From assembly GCA_039621445.1 (NCBI GenBank), contig CP154954.1, positions 17,886,589 to 17,950,588 of the forward strand: a stretch of 64,000 nt of DNA, given 5' to 3'. The translations under genes and the position numbers were made by a program. The DNA comes from Euglena gracilis (Eukaryota). The notes under the pieces were generated by a model. The model was not told the origin of the DNA and ran no database searches. It worked only from the letters and a program-made list of their open reading frames with translations. This document shows, in pieces, positions 43,706-57,425 of this stretch. The first letter of the stretch is position 1; every line of letters begins with the position of its first letter.

Positions 43706-45856
43706 AGGCCGGGCGAGCGCATTCCCCCCCCCCCTGGCATTTACCTGCTACCTACCTGCCTGTTACCTACCTACCTACCTACCTACCTGTGACCGGGGGG
43801 TGGTCATTGTAAAGGGGGGCAAAGGCTCACACACAGCGAAAAGCGGGAAAGAATCATAAAGGAGGTAAGCCCAAACACAGCGGCTCCCGAGGGGGTGTCA
43901 TGAACGACGGCGCCAGAAGGTTGCTGTGCAAATGCTACACCGAAGGGGTGCGGGGCAGGCACTATTCCGCGGGCACGGTTTAGAAGCCTTTCTTCCAGTG
44001 ATACAACAATTTTCGGGATAAAATCCCCATCGATCAGATCCTTTGTGAGGTAAAGGTTCCCGTTCAAAAACGTGTGCCAAACCCCAAATTCCACGTGTTG
44101 CTTTTGAAAACAACACCACCTTTTTGGGATCTGGCTCTGACGTTGCCGGGGGGCGGAACATAGCGAAAAAATCCTGCAGCGGGAGGTGGGAAATCTACCG
44201 CTTGGTAAAACCGGCAAACAAAGGGGAGGGGGGGTACTACAAACTACCACACCACTACCACACATTCTACTACAAAAAAGGGGGGGGCTGGTTGTGTCCT
44301 GAACCCGGCGTCCGGGGACACCGGGTTCAGGACAGAACCGGCGTCCGCCCCCCCCCCCTGTTTTATATAAAAATTGTGGGCATAACCCGTATTCAGGCCG
44401 TATAACGGGTCAAGGGCGCCGAAGTTATACGGCCTGAATTTGGGTTATGGCCCACAATTTTTTTGTAAACGTGTTTAGAGAGGCCCGGCGCCTGCCCTGG
44501 AGATCAGGCAGTAGACTTTGGTCATTTTGACCCCCCTCCCCCCCCCCTATGGTGAAGTTCACCGTTTGAAAGTTCACCGGGGGTCCCGGACCCCCTCCCC
44601 CCCCTCTGCCTGAACACGAAAAACAGGGCATATTGCCGTGTTCAGGAATTTTCCAGGAAATCAACAAAAAAGTGCCCGAAACCATGGCGTGAAGCATACC
44701 CACGAAATACAGGGGAGGTTAGGCAGGGGTGGGGGGGGCTGTGGACCCCCCCGGTGAAGGTCACCGGTGAACATTCACCGGGGGGGAGGGGTACTTTCCG
44801 CGGTGAAGTTCACCGGTGAAGTTCACCGGTGAACTTCACCGTTTTGATGGTTGGGGGTGAAATTTTCATGGGTAAAAGTTTGCTCCTTTCCTCTCAAAAT
44901 GGTCATTTTGAGGTTGATGCTTCATGTAATTTTATCGAAATTTCCGAAAACTTGCCCAAAATGCCATTTTTGGCCATTTTTGGCCAAAAAAAGTACTCTC
45001 TTGGTGAACTTCACTTCAAAACAGGGCATATTGCCGGGTTAAGAACAGCCAACAGTTCGGTCCAAAATCACAAATCCACCCTTGGGGTCCAAAAATTTCA
45101 CTTTTCGGGTGAAGGAGCAATTTTCACACTTTTGGGTAAAAATTGCTCCCAAATCTGCCAAAAATCACAATTTCAGGAGAGATTTTGTCGAATTTTTTTC
45201 CTTCCGGTGCTTCGTGCCGGAGGGGGGTTTTTATATTCGGGCGGGATTTCAAGGTCCTCAGGGGGGGTTTTATATTGGGGGGGTTTTGTATTTGGGTGGT
45301 TACATTTGGGGGGGGGGGTTACTCAATTGGGTGTGTGGGTGGGTGTGTAGAATGTGGTTTTGTTCAGTGAATGGTGATGCATGGCTACCAACAGGCGAGC
45401 TGGTTGTGCATGGGTCCAACAGCCAACCAGTTTAGCCGGCTGACACAAGACGGCACTTTTTGGAGGGAGGGGCGGTGGTGGAAGTGGAGACCGCAACGGA
45501 GGGAAAGACAGAGGGCAAGACAGAGAGGTCCTGTGCCACCTCTGCCCCCTCCTCTACCGGTGGAGCCTCCCACGCCAGCCGCCGCGCCCATTGCTGCCGG
45601 TTGCGCTCGATCGCCTCGTCGTCATCATCCGAGTCCAAGAGAGGAGGTGATCAGGAAGCATTCTGAAAATCTTCAAACAAGTCAATGAAGAAGCTCCAGA
45701 CCAGTTGGAGGAGGAGCTCTCATTTGAGGATCTCTGGCCACTTTTCTCATGTTATCAGTTCACGGCGGACGGGGCAGTTTTTCCCAGACCGTGCCCTGGC
45801 CCAGAGGAGCTCTCGTGAAACCAGGAATGCCTGATTGGGACAAGATCAAAAATACC

Positions 45857-45928
45857 AGGTCCTACTCGGATTCAAACCGGGGTTATGGGAATCAGAATCC
45901 CATGTGCTAACCGCTACACTTTAAGACC
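45857..45928 (-). pseudogene. tRNA-Gln(CTG) pseudogene
   Basis: Same sequence as 32284-32355 but U8 to A, T loop TTTGAAT (C56 lost), T-stem mismatch. Confidence 0.85.
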
Positions 45929-48900
45929 GATGCCCTTCGAACACAAAAAATTCCTCAAACAAAAAAATTCAAATCCCAACCACGGATGCTTTGGGAAATC
46001 CTAGCCTCCCCGCCCAATTGACCAAGGTTTGCATTGTGCTGAGCTCTTTACGTGTCTTATGGTGCCATGCTGCAGCAAATGTTTGAGGCCTAGTGCGCTC
46101 GGCGGCCCAGCGGCACAGCGGTCCAGCCCAGCCCAGTGCCCGGCGGCATGGCTAGTGGCCCGGTGGCCCAGCCCAGCTCAGCCCGGCCCGGTCAAAATGC
46201 TGAAAAAGACTCATTTTTGGCTCATCCTAAAAGTGGCTGAAAATGGCCAGTCAAAACAGGCCAAAATTGTGCAAAATGGCCAAAATTGTCTCACAAATGG
46301 CCGTAACTCGAGCTAGGCGGGGAAGTGTGGGGAAATCAAAATATTGTTAGATAGGGCATTTTAAGGGTTTCAATAGTTAGATAGGGCTTTCCTTTGATTC
46401 CCCAACACTTTTGAAAAATTTCAGAAAAATCGATTTTTTTTTGCCCAAAACAACGACCAAAAACGGCCAAGTTGCAAGCCTGCCGCACTGTTTTGGGCCG
46501 TAAATCGGCCATATCTGGTGGCGGGGAGTTGCGGGGAAATCAAAACACCATTAGATAGGGTAAACCCCCCCCAAATAGTATTGCACCCGCAGCTCTATTG
46601 GACGGCCGCCTCCGGCGGCGGGGGGTGCAGCACTATTTGGACCCGTAGCACTATTGGACTGGGTGCCTCTTAGTCCTGGCCTATCACCACAGTCACCCTT
46701 TTTGTCTGCTCAATGTCCTTCTCTGAGGCCGTGTGGTTCATCTTCGGACCACTTCTCTGAGTTGTTCGGGTGGGGATTTGCCCCCTTTCCCCTCTCAGCG
46801 GATTAAAAAAGGTGCCCGCAGTAGGCTGCACCAGCTTCTACGCATTTCACATTGCTGTGATTTGGAGGGGTGCAGCACTCTTGGACGCTCGCTTCATCCG
46901 GCGGGGGGTGCAGCACTATTTGGACCCGCAACTCTATTGGCCCCGCAACACTGTTAGGGGGGGGTTTAGTTCTTTGATGTTGCTTCATTTCCGAGATATT
47001 TTTGAAAAACATCGATTTTTTGACCCCGAAAACAACCCAAAATGACCCCAGAAGTTGGCTTAAAATTGGCCTAAAATTGGCCGTAACTCGGGCAACGGCC
47101 TGGGGGTCCAATTGCAATTGGTAAGGGGTTGTTGATCTCTTACCTCTTTAAAGTAAGAGCGAAGCTCACCACTGGGGAAAAGGGGGGGGTATGCCCCCCA
47201 CCCCCTAGGCACAGTAGGGGGGGGGGCGGAAGGGGGGCGAGCGGCTGCGCAGGCAGGGGCCGCGGGGGGGGGGGGGTCCGGGACCCCCCCGAGCGGCGCG
47301 CCTAGCCTCCATGAGTGCTCCGAGCAAAGACGCTTTTGTGCCTCAAGGTATGGCAGCTCGTGGGATGTGCCAAAACAAAGGCCTGGTCCTGGACAGGAGA
47401 TCGTGAATTGTTGTCGCCCTGGGTGCATTTGGCTGGTGAGACTTCTTCGTGGTGGTGGGGCGAACCGAGTCCACCGACCAATGGCATAGCCTAAACCCCC
47501 CCTAATGAGTGCACAATGCCCTAATTATGTGCAGTGCCCTGATACAGGGCGAACTGAATCCACTGATCATCGGCACTACCTACTGGATTTGAGAATGTTC
47601 GGGGATGCAAGACCATATACATAACGAAATTGTGAGGATGTAGTCAATGGCTTTCCCATAACGTCAAACAACACACGGCAATCAATCATGATACAAGACA
47701 TCTAACATTAAAACATGAAATCCTTCAAGCATAGTTGGCAGCTTGTTTTTTTTGGACGCTGTTTTTTTGTTTTTTATTATTAAAACAATGTTTTTTTAAA
47801 AAAATGCCAACAAGGTTTTGCTCCCGAAAATTTTTTTGAACGCGCATTTTCAATCATTTTGGCAAGTTTTGGGTCATTTTTGCCAGAATTTTCCTTGCAC
47901 AAAAAACATGAAAAAAGTCATAAAGTTGCATTTTTTTTGCATTTTTGGATGTTTTTGACCATTTTTTGGCAATTTCTGAACTTAGTAGGATTCAAAGTAT
48001 GGTTTGGGTGTTTCGTGACGAGTTTTTTTTTTAATGAATGATCCAAGGAGGACATGTAGAATGGCTCCTTGTGTCAAATTACTGGTGGAAGAGTGGGTTG
48101 TCAACGCAAGAGTGTTCCCATGTATTTCGAGCCCAAACGACGGCCACATGCTGCTTACTTGAAAGAACCGCATGGCTTTTGATGGGCATTTGTGCTGCCC
48201 CTTGCGGAGTCTTTTGCTCCATTGGGCTGATTGAACATTAAACTTGGGGTGAGGAAATAACATTCTCTACATTGGCATTGTGATTCCATGCTGTAGGAAT
48301 GTGCACCCGAGCTCGAAGCATGGGCACAACTGACTTGTGCATCACATTCCGCCTCTACACCCACGGACATCGTATGACAAGCGAACATGGTGTGTAATAA
48401 GGCGACCCCTTTGGACTGCTCTTCTTTGCTCTTGCGTGGTAGGATGTGGTCCAAGCGTTCCCAAAAGACCTGGCCTTAAGCCGGCGTTTGAGACGCCGGG
48501 TTCAGGACAGAACCGGCGCCCCCCCCCCGGGTTTTCCGGACGCCGGTTCTGTCCTAAAACTCGGCGTTAGGAACGCCAGTTCTGTCCAAAACCCGGCGTC
48601 CGGTTTGGGACTGTATTTTGTGCAAAAAAGGTGTGCAAATGTGACCCCGGAAGCGAAATCTCCTTGGCTGAAGGGGGATAAGAGGCTGATTGATAAGAGA
48701 CAAAATTGCTGAGTGCAAAATATCATGGATAAGTGGCAGCAAGTGTTTTGCAATTTTTGAGGTGAGGGGAGGATTGCCATACAGGGAGCCACAGCCGCAA
48801 TTAAGGGCGAAAGTTACAAAGCAAAAGTTACAAAACAAAACATATTGCCGGCAAGGAAACACATTGCGGAAATTTTGGCTGGACCCCACTAGGTTTTTTC

Positions 48901-51589
48901 AGAAGTACGGTTGGGAAATTTTGGGTGGACCCCCCTGAGTTTTTTCAGGCATACGGCAGGGAAATTTTGGCTGGACCCACGGTTAAATGTTGACTGCCCA
49001 CCCCTGGGTTTTTTATTAGGGGGAGCACGCCGTCGGCCGGGGGGTACATCTGGCTTGGGGGGGGGGTTGTGGGCCGACCCTGGGGTCGGCCCACGGTCGC
49101 GAGCCGTCCGGGAGACCCCCCAAGTGGGCTCCCGGATCTGGCCTGGGGGGGGGGTGTAGTGGGGGTCGACCATGGTCGTTCTCGGTCGCTATGGGTGATT
49201 CCTACTGAGTTTTTTTTCCACCTTTTTTGCCATGTGGCGGCGTAGGCAACTGTTCCAGGGCCCTAAAATAACAAAATCCCTTGTGTGTGTAACGCCTTTT
49301 GCTTGTATGTTGCGCAAATTTTGCCTGTAGCGCACATTTTGACATCTACCCCCCCACGACCGAGGGCGACCGAGAGCGACCATGGTCGACCCCCACTACC
49401 CCCCCCCCAGGATAAATCTACCCTCCCCCAGTGGGCCGACCCTAGGGTCGCCGGCTTAGGGTCGACTTAGGGTAGGCCCACCCCACGACCTCCCCCCCCC
49501 TTCCAGGATCTGGCCTCGGGGAGGGGGGTAGTGGGCCGACCCTAGGGTCGGCCCACGGTCGCCAAAGGTCGCCAAAGTGAATCACAAAAACAACTTAGCC
49601 CCCAAGTATGTTACCAACATAGAAGGGAATTTGTTATTCGGGGCCCTGGGTGGGTAACACAAGGGATTTTGTTATTTTGGGGCCCTCGAACAGTTGGGCA
49701 ACAAAAGGGATTTGCCCCCCAAATCAGTTGGGTTACACAAGGGATTTGCCCCCCAAAACGGGTGGGCAACACAAGGGATTTTGTTTGCCCAAAACGGTTG
49801 GGCAGGCAGCAATTCAGACCTGCCAAATTCCTAGCGTCCCAAGTCAATGTTCCCAAAATCTTCTTTTTTTTCTTCGACCCTAAGTCGACCCTGGGGTTCT
49901 AGGGTTGTAGGGGGGGGGGGAGGTCGTGTGGTGGGCCGACCCTAAGTCGACCCTAGGGTCAGCCCACAAGGGTTTCTAGGGTCGCCACCCACTCCACAGC
50001 CTGGGGGGGGGTCGACCATAGCGACCTTTGGCGACCTTTGGCGACCGTGGGCCGACCCTGGGGTTGGCCCACAACCCCCCCCCCCCAGGCCAGATCCGGG
50101 AGCCCCGTCGGCCAGCCATCGGCCAGCCGTGTGACTCACGGGAAAATGACCCGAGCCACAGCCTTGCAATGCAGAAGCAATTTCACCGTCAATCTCCCTT
50201 CAAGGTCATGTTCATCGTTGGTGGAGGTTGCATTTTTTGCTAATTTGAATTAATTTTACCCAATTTTTGTCAATTTTGCCAATATTGGACCTTTTTTGAC
50301 GAATTCTGACCATTTCGGCCTATTTTTGGGTCATTATCCAGTCATTGTGAACGATTTTTGTCGACAAATTCTTCGAATGACTGAAAATTGCTCAACGGGT
50401 GTCCCGTTTTTGACAAACTGGCAAAAATTTACCTAATGGTGGACAAAAAAGGCTCAAATTTTGTGTGAAATGGTTTCAAGCGACTAAAAGTTGCCCATAG
50501 TGCCCATTCTCTTCTAGAGTACGAAAGATTATTGAAATGAACATCCGAAATTAAGATTTGGCACCCAACATAAAGCATTTGAACACCAAATTTAGGCATT
50601 AGCCACAGTAACTAAGCAAATTTCACCCCAAAATATGCATTTGCCACTCATGCCACCCAAAATTGTGTATTTTCCACCCCAAAATAGGAGTTTACACCAA
50701 ATTTACCTAGAATTAGGCATTTGCCAACCGAAATTTGGACATCCGTTGTTTTTTTTAGAAATACTGTTGTGAAATGTTGGCTGGACCCCTTGCACCCCCT
50801 GGGTTTTTTCAGACACACGGTAGGGAAATTTTTGCCGGACCCCCCTGTTTTCTTTTATTGCATCACAGTTGGGCAATTTTGGCTGGACCCCGCTGAGTTT
50901 TAGAAAAGCTGTTGGGAAATAGGGCCTGGAACCCCCATGGCTTTTTCAGAGTTTGGGTGGGGAGATTTTATGTTTGAACCCCCTGGGTTTTTTTTGGAAT
51001 TACCTTTGGGAAATTTTGGCTGTTCCCCCCTGGGCCTAAAGGGGAACGCTAGTGAACGTATTTCTAAGTGCTTCCTGGCCCGAAGGGGGTGGATGCCGGT
51101 TCTGTCCTGAACCCGGCATCTCTAAAACACCGCTTTGTAACCGTATTTAGAGGCCCGGCGCCTGCCCTGTATTTCGTGGCTATGAACACGGGAAACAGGG
51201 CATGCTTTCTTAACCCGGCAATATGCCCTGTTTTTCGTGGTAAGGTGAACACGAAAAACAGGGCATATTGCTGTGTTCAGGTTTTTCTCCCAAAAATTAA
51301 GACCTTTCAAACAAAGAACATAACTATTTTGAATCACTTGGAATTGCTTCGAACCCGAGTGGAGAGCAGACAGATGATGGAATGGCACATGAGGAGGGAC
51401 GAAGTTGCGACCAGTGCAACGACAAATAGCACTAACGGGGTTTGCACGAATGACACACCCACGATCTATGTTTGGGCTTGTGGCACAAATTCACGCAACG
51501 ACAATGGTAAGACAATGAACACACGTCACATCACACATGATTCATATCACGACACGGAGAGCATGGGGGAACATCCACACCACATTGGG

Positions 51590-52115
51590 CACAGGTGAGG
51601 GTTGAAGTGGATGTCCTTGAACGTAGGTGGCGCTAGACGACGCCCGACACCCAGGCGGCAACACCACGGAACGTCTCCTCCGTCGTGGGCGGGCTGAGCA
51701 AGCTCGCAGCCGTAACGCGGCACGACCGAAAGAGCCAGTTCCCATCCACCCCAGCTGGTGCCAAACCGACCAGTGTTCGTTGCCTCTCAAAGGCAGCCGG
51801 GGCAAGTTGCCGGATCGGGCCCTTCCACGATGACTTGCCGCATCAGGGCCATATCCGATTAGCCCAATGATTGCTGATTTTTTTCCACGGTGGGAACGGA
51901 CACATAAAGCACCCCACCACGTTTCTCCCAACCCCCCCCCAATTGCCGCATTGCCTTGCTGGCCTGAAAGCCCATGGTACAACTTCAGGGAGTTCATTTC
52001 GACCGCAACAAGCTCGGGCGACCGCCACACCCCTGACAACTGGAATTGGGATGCTATCCCCAACAGTATGAGGAGATATGCACGAGTTCTGATGCCAACC
52101 TTGATGGTTCATAGC
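51590..52115 (-). pseudogene. Duplicate of the degenerate tyrosine recombinase fragment
   Basis: Copy-2 paralogue with additional small indels. Confidence 0.62.
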
Positions 52116-52578
52116 TGATACAATTAGGGTAAATTACGGCACAACGGTGCTTTCTATATATTTGCAAAAACTGGCTCCTACACTAGACAGGGGTGTGGGG
52201 GGGGGATGTGGGGGGGTGTGGGGGGGGTGTGGGGGGGTGTGGGGGGGTGTGGGGGGTGTGGGGAGGTGTGGGGAGCTGTAGGCCACCGGACCCTTCATCG
52301 GTGGCAACTTTTTGCAACAATGCGCAGTGATAATGGGGGGGGGGTGGGGGGGGGGGGGGGGGGGGGGGGGGGGGGCGCAGCCCCCCCTCCCCCCCCCCCC
52401 GCCGCGGTGGCCGTAGGCCACCGGACCCCTCATCGGTGGCAATTTTTTGCAACGATGCGCAGTGATAATGGGGGGGGCGGGGGGGAGGGGGGGTGCGGGG
52501 GGGGCGCAGCCCCCCCTCCCCCCCGCCGCGGTGGCCGTAGGCCACCGGACCCCGCATCGGTGGCTGTGGACCTAGATA

Positions 52579-52846
52579 CCATCCCCCCCCCCGAGCTATT
52601 CCCCCCCCCGAGCTATTCCCATTGGGGGTACGGGAATAGCTCACTGTCATAGCACTTTTTATAAAGAACTTCCTAAGAAAGTGGTCAAAAATTGACGTTT
52701 TTGGACCATTTTCAAAAATCACCTTTTGGCAAATGTGCTCAAAATTGACCATTTTTTGCGAACATCCAAAAAAGTTGCCAAAAATGACCCCTTTTGGGTT
52801 GCCCGAGGGTCGGGTATGGGAATAGCTCGGGGGGGGGGGGGCATGG
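52579..52846. mobile_element. TA-TSD MITE specific to copy 2
   Basis: TA|CCATC(n)GAGCTATTCCC...GGGAATAGCTCG(n)CATGG|TA; absent at the paralogous site near 41287. Confidence 0.85.
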
Positions 52847-53502
52847 TAATGTCTATCTCGGCTCCAATTTTTCACGGAAAAAACATAAATTTTCATGGAA
52901 AAAAATACCAAAGTTTTCAGGTTTAAGTTGTTTTCAGGAGTGGTGATAAAACTGCAAAGTCAAAAAAACTGCCCCAAATTTTGGCACACTCAAATTTTAT
53001 TGACATTTTTTCTCTTAGCAAATTTTTGGTATTTCAACCATTTTTTTTTGCTTCAAAAACCTACGACATTCAAACCTTTGAGAAAATTGTGAAATTTGGA
53101 CGGTGTGGGAAAAAATGCGGGTTTGGGCGAGTTTTGGAGGGACCTCCAATTTGCCAACATAGGTCCCAAAATGGGTCCAAAATACCCCCGGCGCCGAACC
53201 CACACTGGTCAAGTGTGGGGGGTGTGGGGGGGGTGTGGGGGGGTGTGGGGGGGGTGGGGGGGGGTGTGTGGGGGGGGGGGGGTGTTGGGGTGGTGTGGGG
53301 GGTGTGAGGGGGGGTGTGGGGGTAAATGTCTAGTGTAGTAGCCAGTTTTTGCAATACCTCGTGCTTTCATTTTCACAGTGTTCAGTTTTTTGTATTTGAC
53401 ACATCAAAAAGTTGCATTTTGGTTATCCAAATCCTGCCAAAACTTTTTACGATTTTTGTTGTAATTTCTTTGAATTTTCTTGACATTTCCGTGCCTTCGA
53501 TA

Positions 53503-54258
53503 CCGTGCCCCCCCCCCCCCGAGTTAGTCACCCCCCCTGGAAGGGAAATTCGGCCAGGGTGACTAACAGGGGGGGTGACTAACTCGGGGGGGGGGGTGAC
53601 CATCTCGGGCGGGGGGGGGTGTGGGGGGGGGGGCTGGGTGTCATGCGGTTTATGGCAAGGCAAAGCACAAGAGTGCTTGATCATTCTTGAACTAGTGGCC
53701 AGTGACGGCGTACATTTCCCGGAGCTAATCTGCAAGCCACACTTGTAGAAGGAACGATGCACTCGCTTCCGACCATTTCCAGCAGCCACTTGTCGGCAAA
53801 TTCCAACCTCCTCCTTCCTTCAACGGAAAAGGACCCGGCGATCAACTTCAGGGTACTTCCCCAAAGTTTCTCGCACAGTGTGGTTCCTGGAGAACTGTGG
53901 CCAAATAAGAAAAGAAGAAGCACTTAACCACCGGTGACGTACCTTGATGATGGTCACGTTTTCATCATTTGAGATTGTTCTCCTTGTCCGGGGGACCACG
54001 GGGTTCACCACGGGGTTGTGGATGGGATCTGAGGGCAGCACCTAGTGCATGGAATTTTCCAAAAAGGCTTCACAACATGCAAACAAACCTCACCAGCAAC
54101 TTGAATCGCAGCTCCTTGGGACGGAACCTCTGGCACTCGTGCCTTCGGCCCAAAACGCACAGTAGTTTGCTTCATTTTGCCAAAGAAAGGTGGCTGTGGG
54201 GGCAAAGCCGGGGGTGACTAATAGGGGGGGGGGTGACCAACTCGGGGGGTGGGCATGG
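53503..54258. mobile_element. pogo-like deletion derivative, unrearranged copy
   Basis: TA|CCGTGCCC...GGGCATGG|TA, GGTGACTAA subterminal repeats, HTH remnant with intron 53895-53942. Confidence 0.72.
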
Positions 54259-57200
54259 TAATCCAAATTACAACCTTCCTTCCACTTCCATGACAAAAAC
54301 CACTGCAAAAGGAAAACATTTTTCAAAATTTTCTTCGTTGAAAATTTTGGGGAAAAACTGGAAAAAGCATTTTATCTTGGAAAAATGCGGAAATTTTCAC
54401 TGGAAAATTTTCCTGGAAATGTTTTGGCAATCCTACTGTGGCGAAGTGGGGTGGGGGCAGTCAAATGCCTGCTACCCCCCCCCCCCTTTATTGTCCCCCC
54501 CCTTTATTGTCCCTGGGCCCCGGCCGACGGCGGGTTTTTTTTGGCCCAGCCAATGAAATTCTTTTGGTACCCCTTTATTGTCCCCCCCCTTAGTTGCACT
54601 AAGGCTTCTTGTCTGTTTATGGCCGGCGCTAACTTCGCTTCTGGCCCAGTTTGCTGCGTGGTGTCCCCCCCCCTTTATTGTCCGGTCGGGCCTCCTGGGG
54701 GCAGGTCGGTGGGACAATAAAGGGGGGGGGGGTACTGGACGGTGCCAACTTTGGTCACCAGGTAATTGAATGCTCCCTTTGTCTAACGACCATTTTAGGG
54801 GGGGGGAATGCGTTTCGCATTTTTTCGCATTTTTGCGCATTTTTTGCGCATTATTTCAAATTTTCCAAAAATGCGCATTTTTGCGCATTTTTTCGCATTT
54901 TTGCGCATTTTTTCGTTTTTTTCAGCGCATTTTTTTTTGCTTTTTGCCACATTTTTTCGTGATTTTCCAAAATTTTCGCATTTTTTGACCATTTTTGCAA
55001 TTTTTTGCAAAAATTTGAAATTTTCGACTTTTTTTGAAACTTAAATTTTCCTCATTATTTTACATAATTTCTTCAAATTTGGTGCCATTTTTTGCATGTT
55101 TTTGGGTAATTTTTGCATTTTCGTGATTTTTGCGCATTTTTCCTCGGATTTTGCACATTTTTGCGCATTTTTTCCAAAAATGCGCATTTTTTGCGCATTT
55201 TTGCGCATTTTTGCGCATTTTTTCCGAGGCCGGGCGAGCGCATTTCCCCCCCCCCCTGGCATTTACCTGCTACCTATGACCAGGGGGGAGGGTTGTACGC
55301 CCCCATCACCTGCAACCTGTGACCGGGGGGTGGTCATTGTAAAGGGGGGCAAAGGCTCACACACAGCGAAAAGCGGGAAAGAATCATAAAGGAGGTAAGC
55401 CCAAACACAGCGGCTCCCGAGGGGGTGTCATGAACGACGGCGCCAGAAGGTTGCTGTGCAAATGCTACACCGAAGGGGTGCGGGGCAGGCACTATTCCGC
55501 GGGCACGGTTTAGAAGCCTTTCTTCCAGTGATACAACAATTTTCGGGATAAAATCCCCATCGATCAGATCCTTTGTGAGGTAAAGGTTCCCGTTCAAAAA
55601 CGTGTGCCAAACCCCAAATTCCACGTGTTGCTTTTGAAAACAACACCACCTTTTTGGGATCTGGCTCTGACGTTGCCGGGGGGCGGAACATAGCGAAAAA
55701 ATCCTGCAGCGGGAGGTGGGAAATCGTTTGGTAAAACCGGCAAAAAAGGGGGGGGCTGGTTGTGTCCTGAACCCGGCGTCCGGGGACACCGGGTTCAGGA
55801 CAGAACCGGCGTCCGCCCCCCCCCCTGTTTTATTTTAAAAAATTGTGGGCATAACCCGTATTCACGCCGTATAACGGGTCAAGGGCGCCGAAGTTATACG
55901 GCCTGAATATGGGTTATGGCCCACGATTTTTTTGTAAACGTGTTTAGAGAGGCCCGGCGCCTGCCCTGGAGATCAGGCAGTAGACTTTGGTCATTTTGAC
56001 CCCCCTCCCCCCCCCTATGGTGAAGTTCACGTTTGAAAGTTCACCGGGGGTCCCGGACCCCCTCCCCCCCCCTCTGCCTGAACACGAAAAACAGGGCATA
56101 TTGCCGTGTTCAGGAATTTTCCAGGAAATCAACAAAAAAGTGCCCGAAACCATGGCGTGAAGCATACCCACGAAATACAGGGGAGGTTAGGCAGGGGTGG
56201 GGGGGGCTGTGGACCCCCCCGGTGAAGGTCACCGGTGAACATTCACCGGGGGGGAGGGGTACTTTCCGCGGTGAAGTTCACCGGTGAAGTTCACCGGTGA
56301 ACTTCACCGTTTTGATGGTTGGGGGTGAAATTTTCATGGGTAAAAGTTTGCTCCTTTCCTCTCAAAATGGTCATTTTGAGGTTGATGCTTCATGGAATTT
56401 TATCGAAATTTCCGAAAACTTGCCCAAAATGCCATTTTTGGCCATTTTTGGCCAAAAAAAGTACTCTCTTGGTGAACTTCACCGGTGAAGTTCACCGATG
56501 GGTTCACCTTACCACGGAAAACAGGGCATATTGCCGGGTTAAGAACAGCCAACAGTTCGGTCCAAAATCACAAATCCACCCTCGGGGTCCAAAAAATTCA
56601 CTTCTCGGGTGAAGGAGCAATTTTCACACTTTTGGGTAAAAATTGCTCCCAAATCTGCCAAAAATCACAATTTCAGGAGAGATTTTGTCGAATTTTTTTC
56701 CTTCCGGTGCTTCGTGCCGGAGGGGGGTTTTTATATTCGGGCGGGATTTCAAGGTCCTCAGGGGGGGTTTTATATTGGGGGGGTTTTGTATTTGGGTGGT
56801 TACATTTGGGGGGGGGTTACTCAATTGGGTGTGTGGGTGGGTGTGTAGAATGTGGTTTTGTTCAGTGAATGGTGATGCATGGCTACCAACAGGCGAGCTG
56901 GTTGTGCATGGGTCCAACAGCCAACCAGTTTAGCCGGCTGACACAAGACGGCACTTTTTGGAGGGAGGGGCGGTGGTGGAAGTGGAGACCGCAACGGAGG
57001 GAAAGACAGAGGGCAAGACAGAGAGGTCCTGTGCCACCTCTGCCCCCTCCTCTGCCGGTGGAGCCTCCCACGCCAGCCGCCGCGCCCATGCTGCCGGTTG
57101 CGCTCGATCGCCTCGTCGTCATCATCCGACTCCAAGAGAGGAGGTGATCAGGAAGCATTCTGAAAATCTTCAAACAAGTCAATGAAGAAGCTCCAGACCA

Positions 57201-57353
57201 GTTGGAGGAGGAGCTCTCATTTGAGGACCTCTGGCCACTTATCTCATGTTATCAGTTCACGGCGGACGGGGCAGTTTTTCCCAGACCGTGCCCTGGCCCA
57301 GAGGAGCTCTCGTGAAACTAGGAATGCCTGATTGGGACAAGATCAAAAATACC

Positions 57354-57425
57354 AGGTCCTACTCGGATTCAAACCGGGGTTATGGGAATCAGAATCCCAT
57401 GTGCTAATTGCTACACTTTAAGACC
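57354..57425 (-). pseudogene. tRNA-Gln(CTG) pseudogene
   Basis: Same lesions as 45857-45928 plus D-loop GG to AA. Confidence 0.87.

Larger units (their letters stand above)
34900..47204. repeat. Tandem segmental duplication, copy 1
   Basis: Colinear high identity with 47205-58698 apart from two inversions and several indels. Confidence 0.92.

Noticed and set aside
45857-45928. tRNA-derived SINE
   Set aside because: Upstream flank is shared with the intact gene; no tail or TSD.
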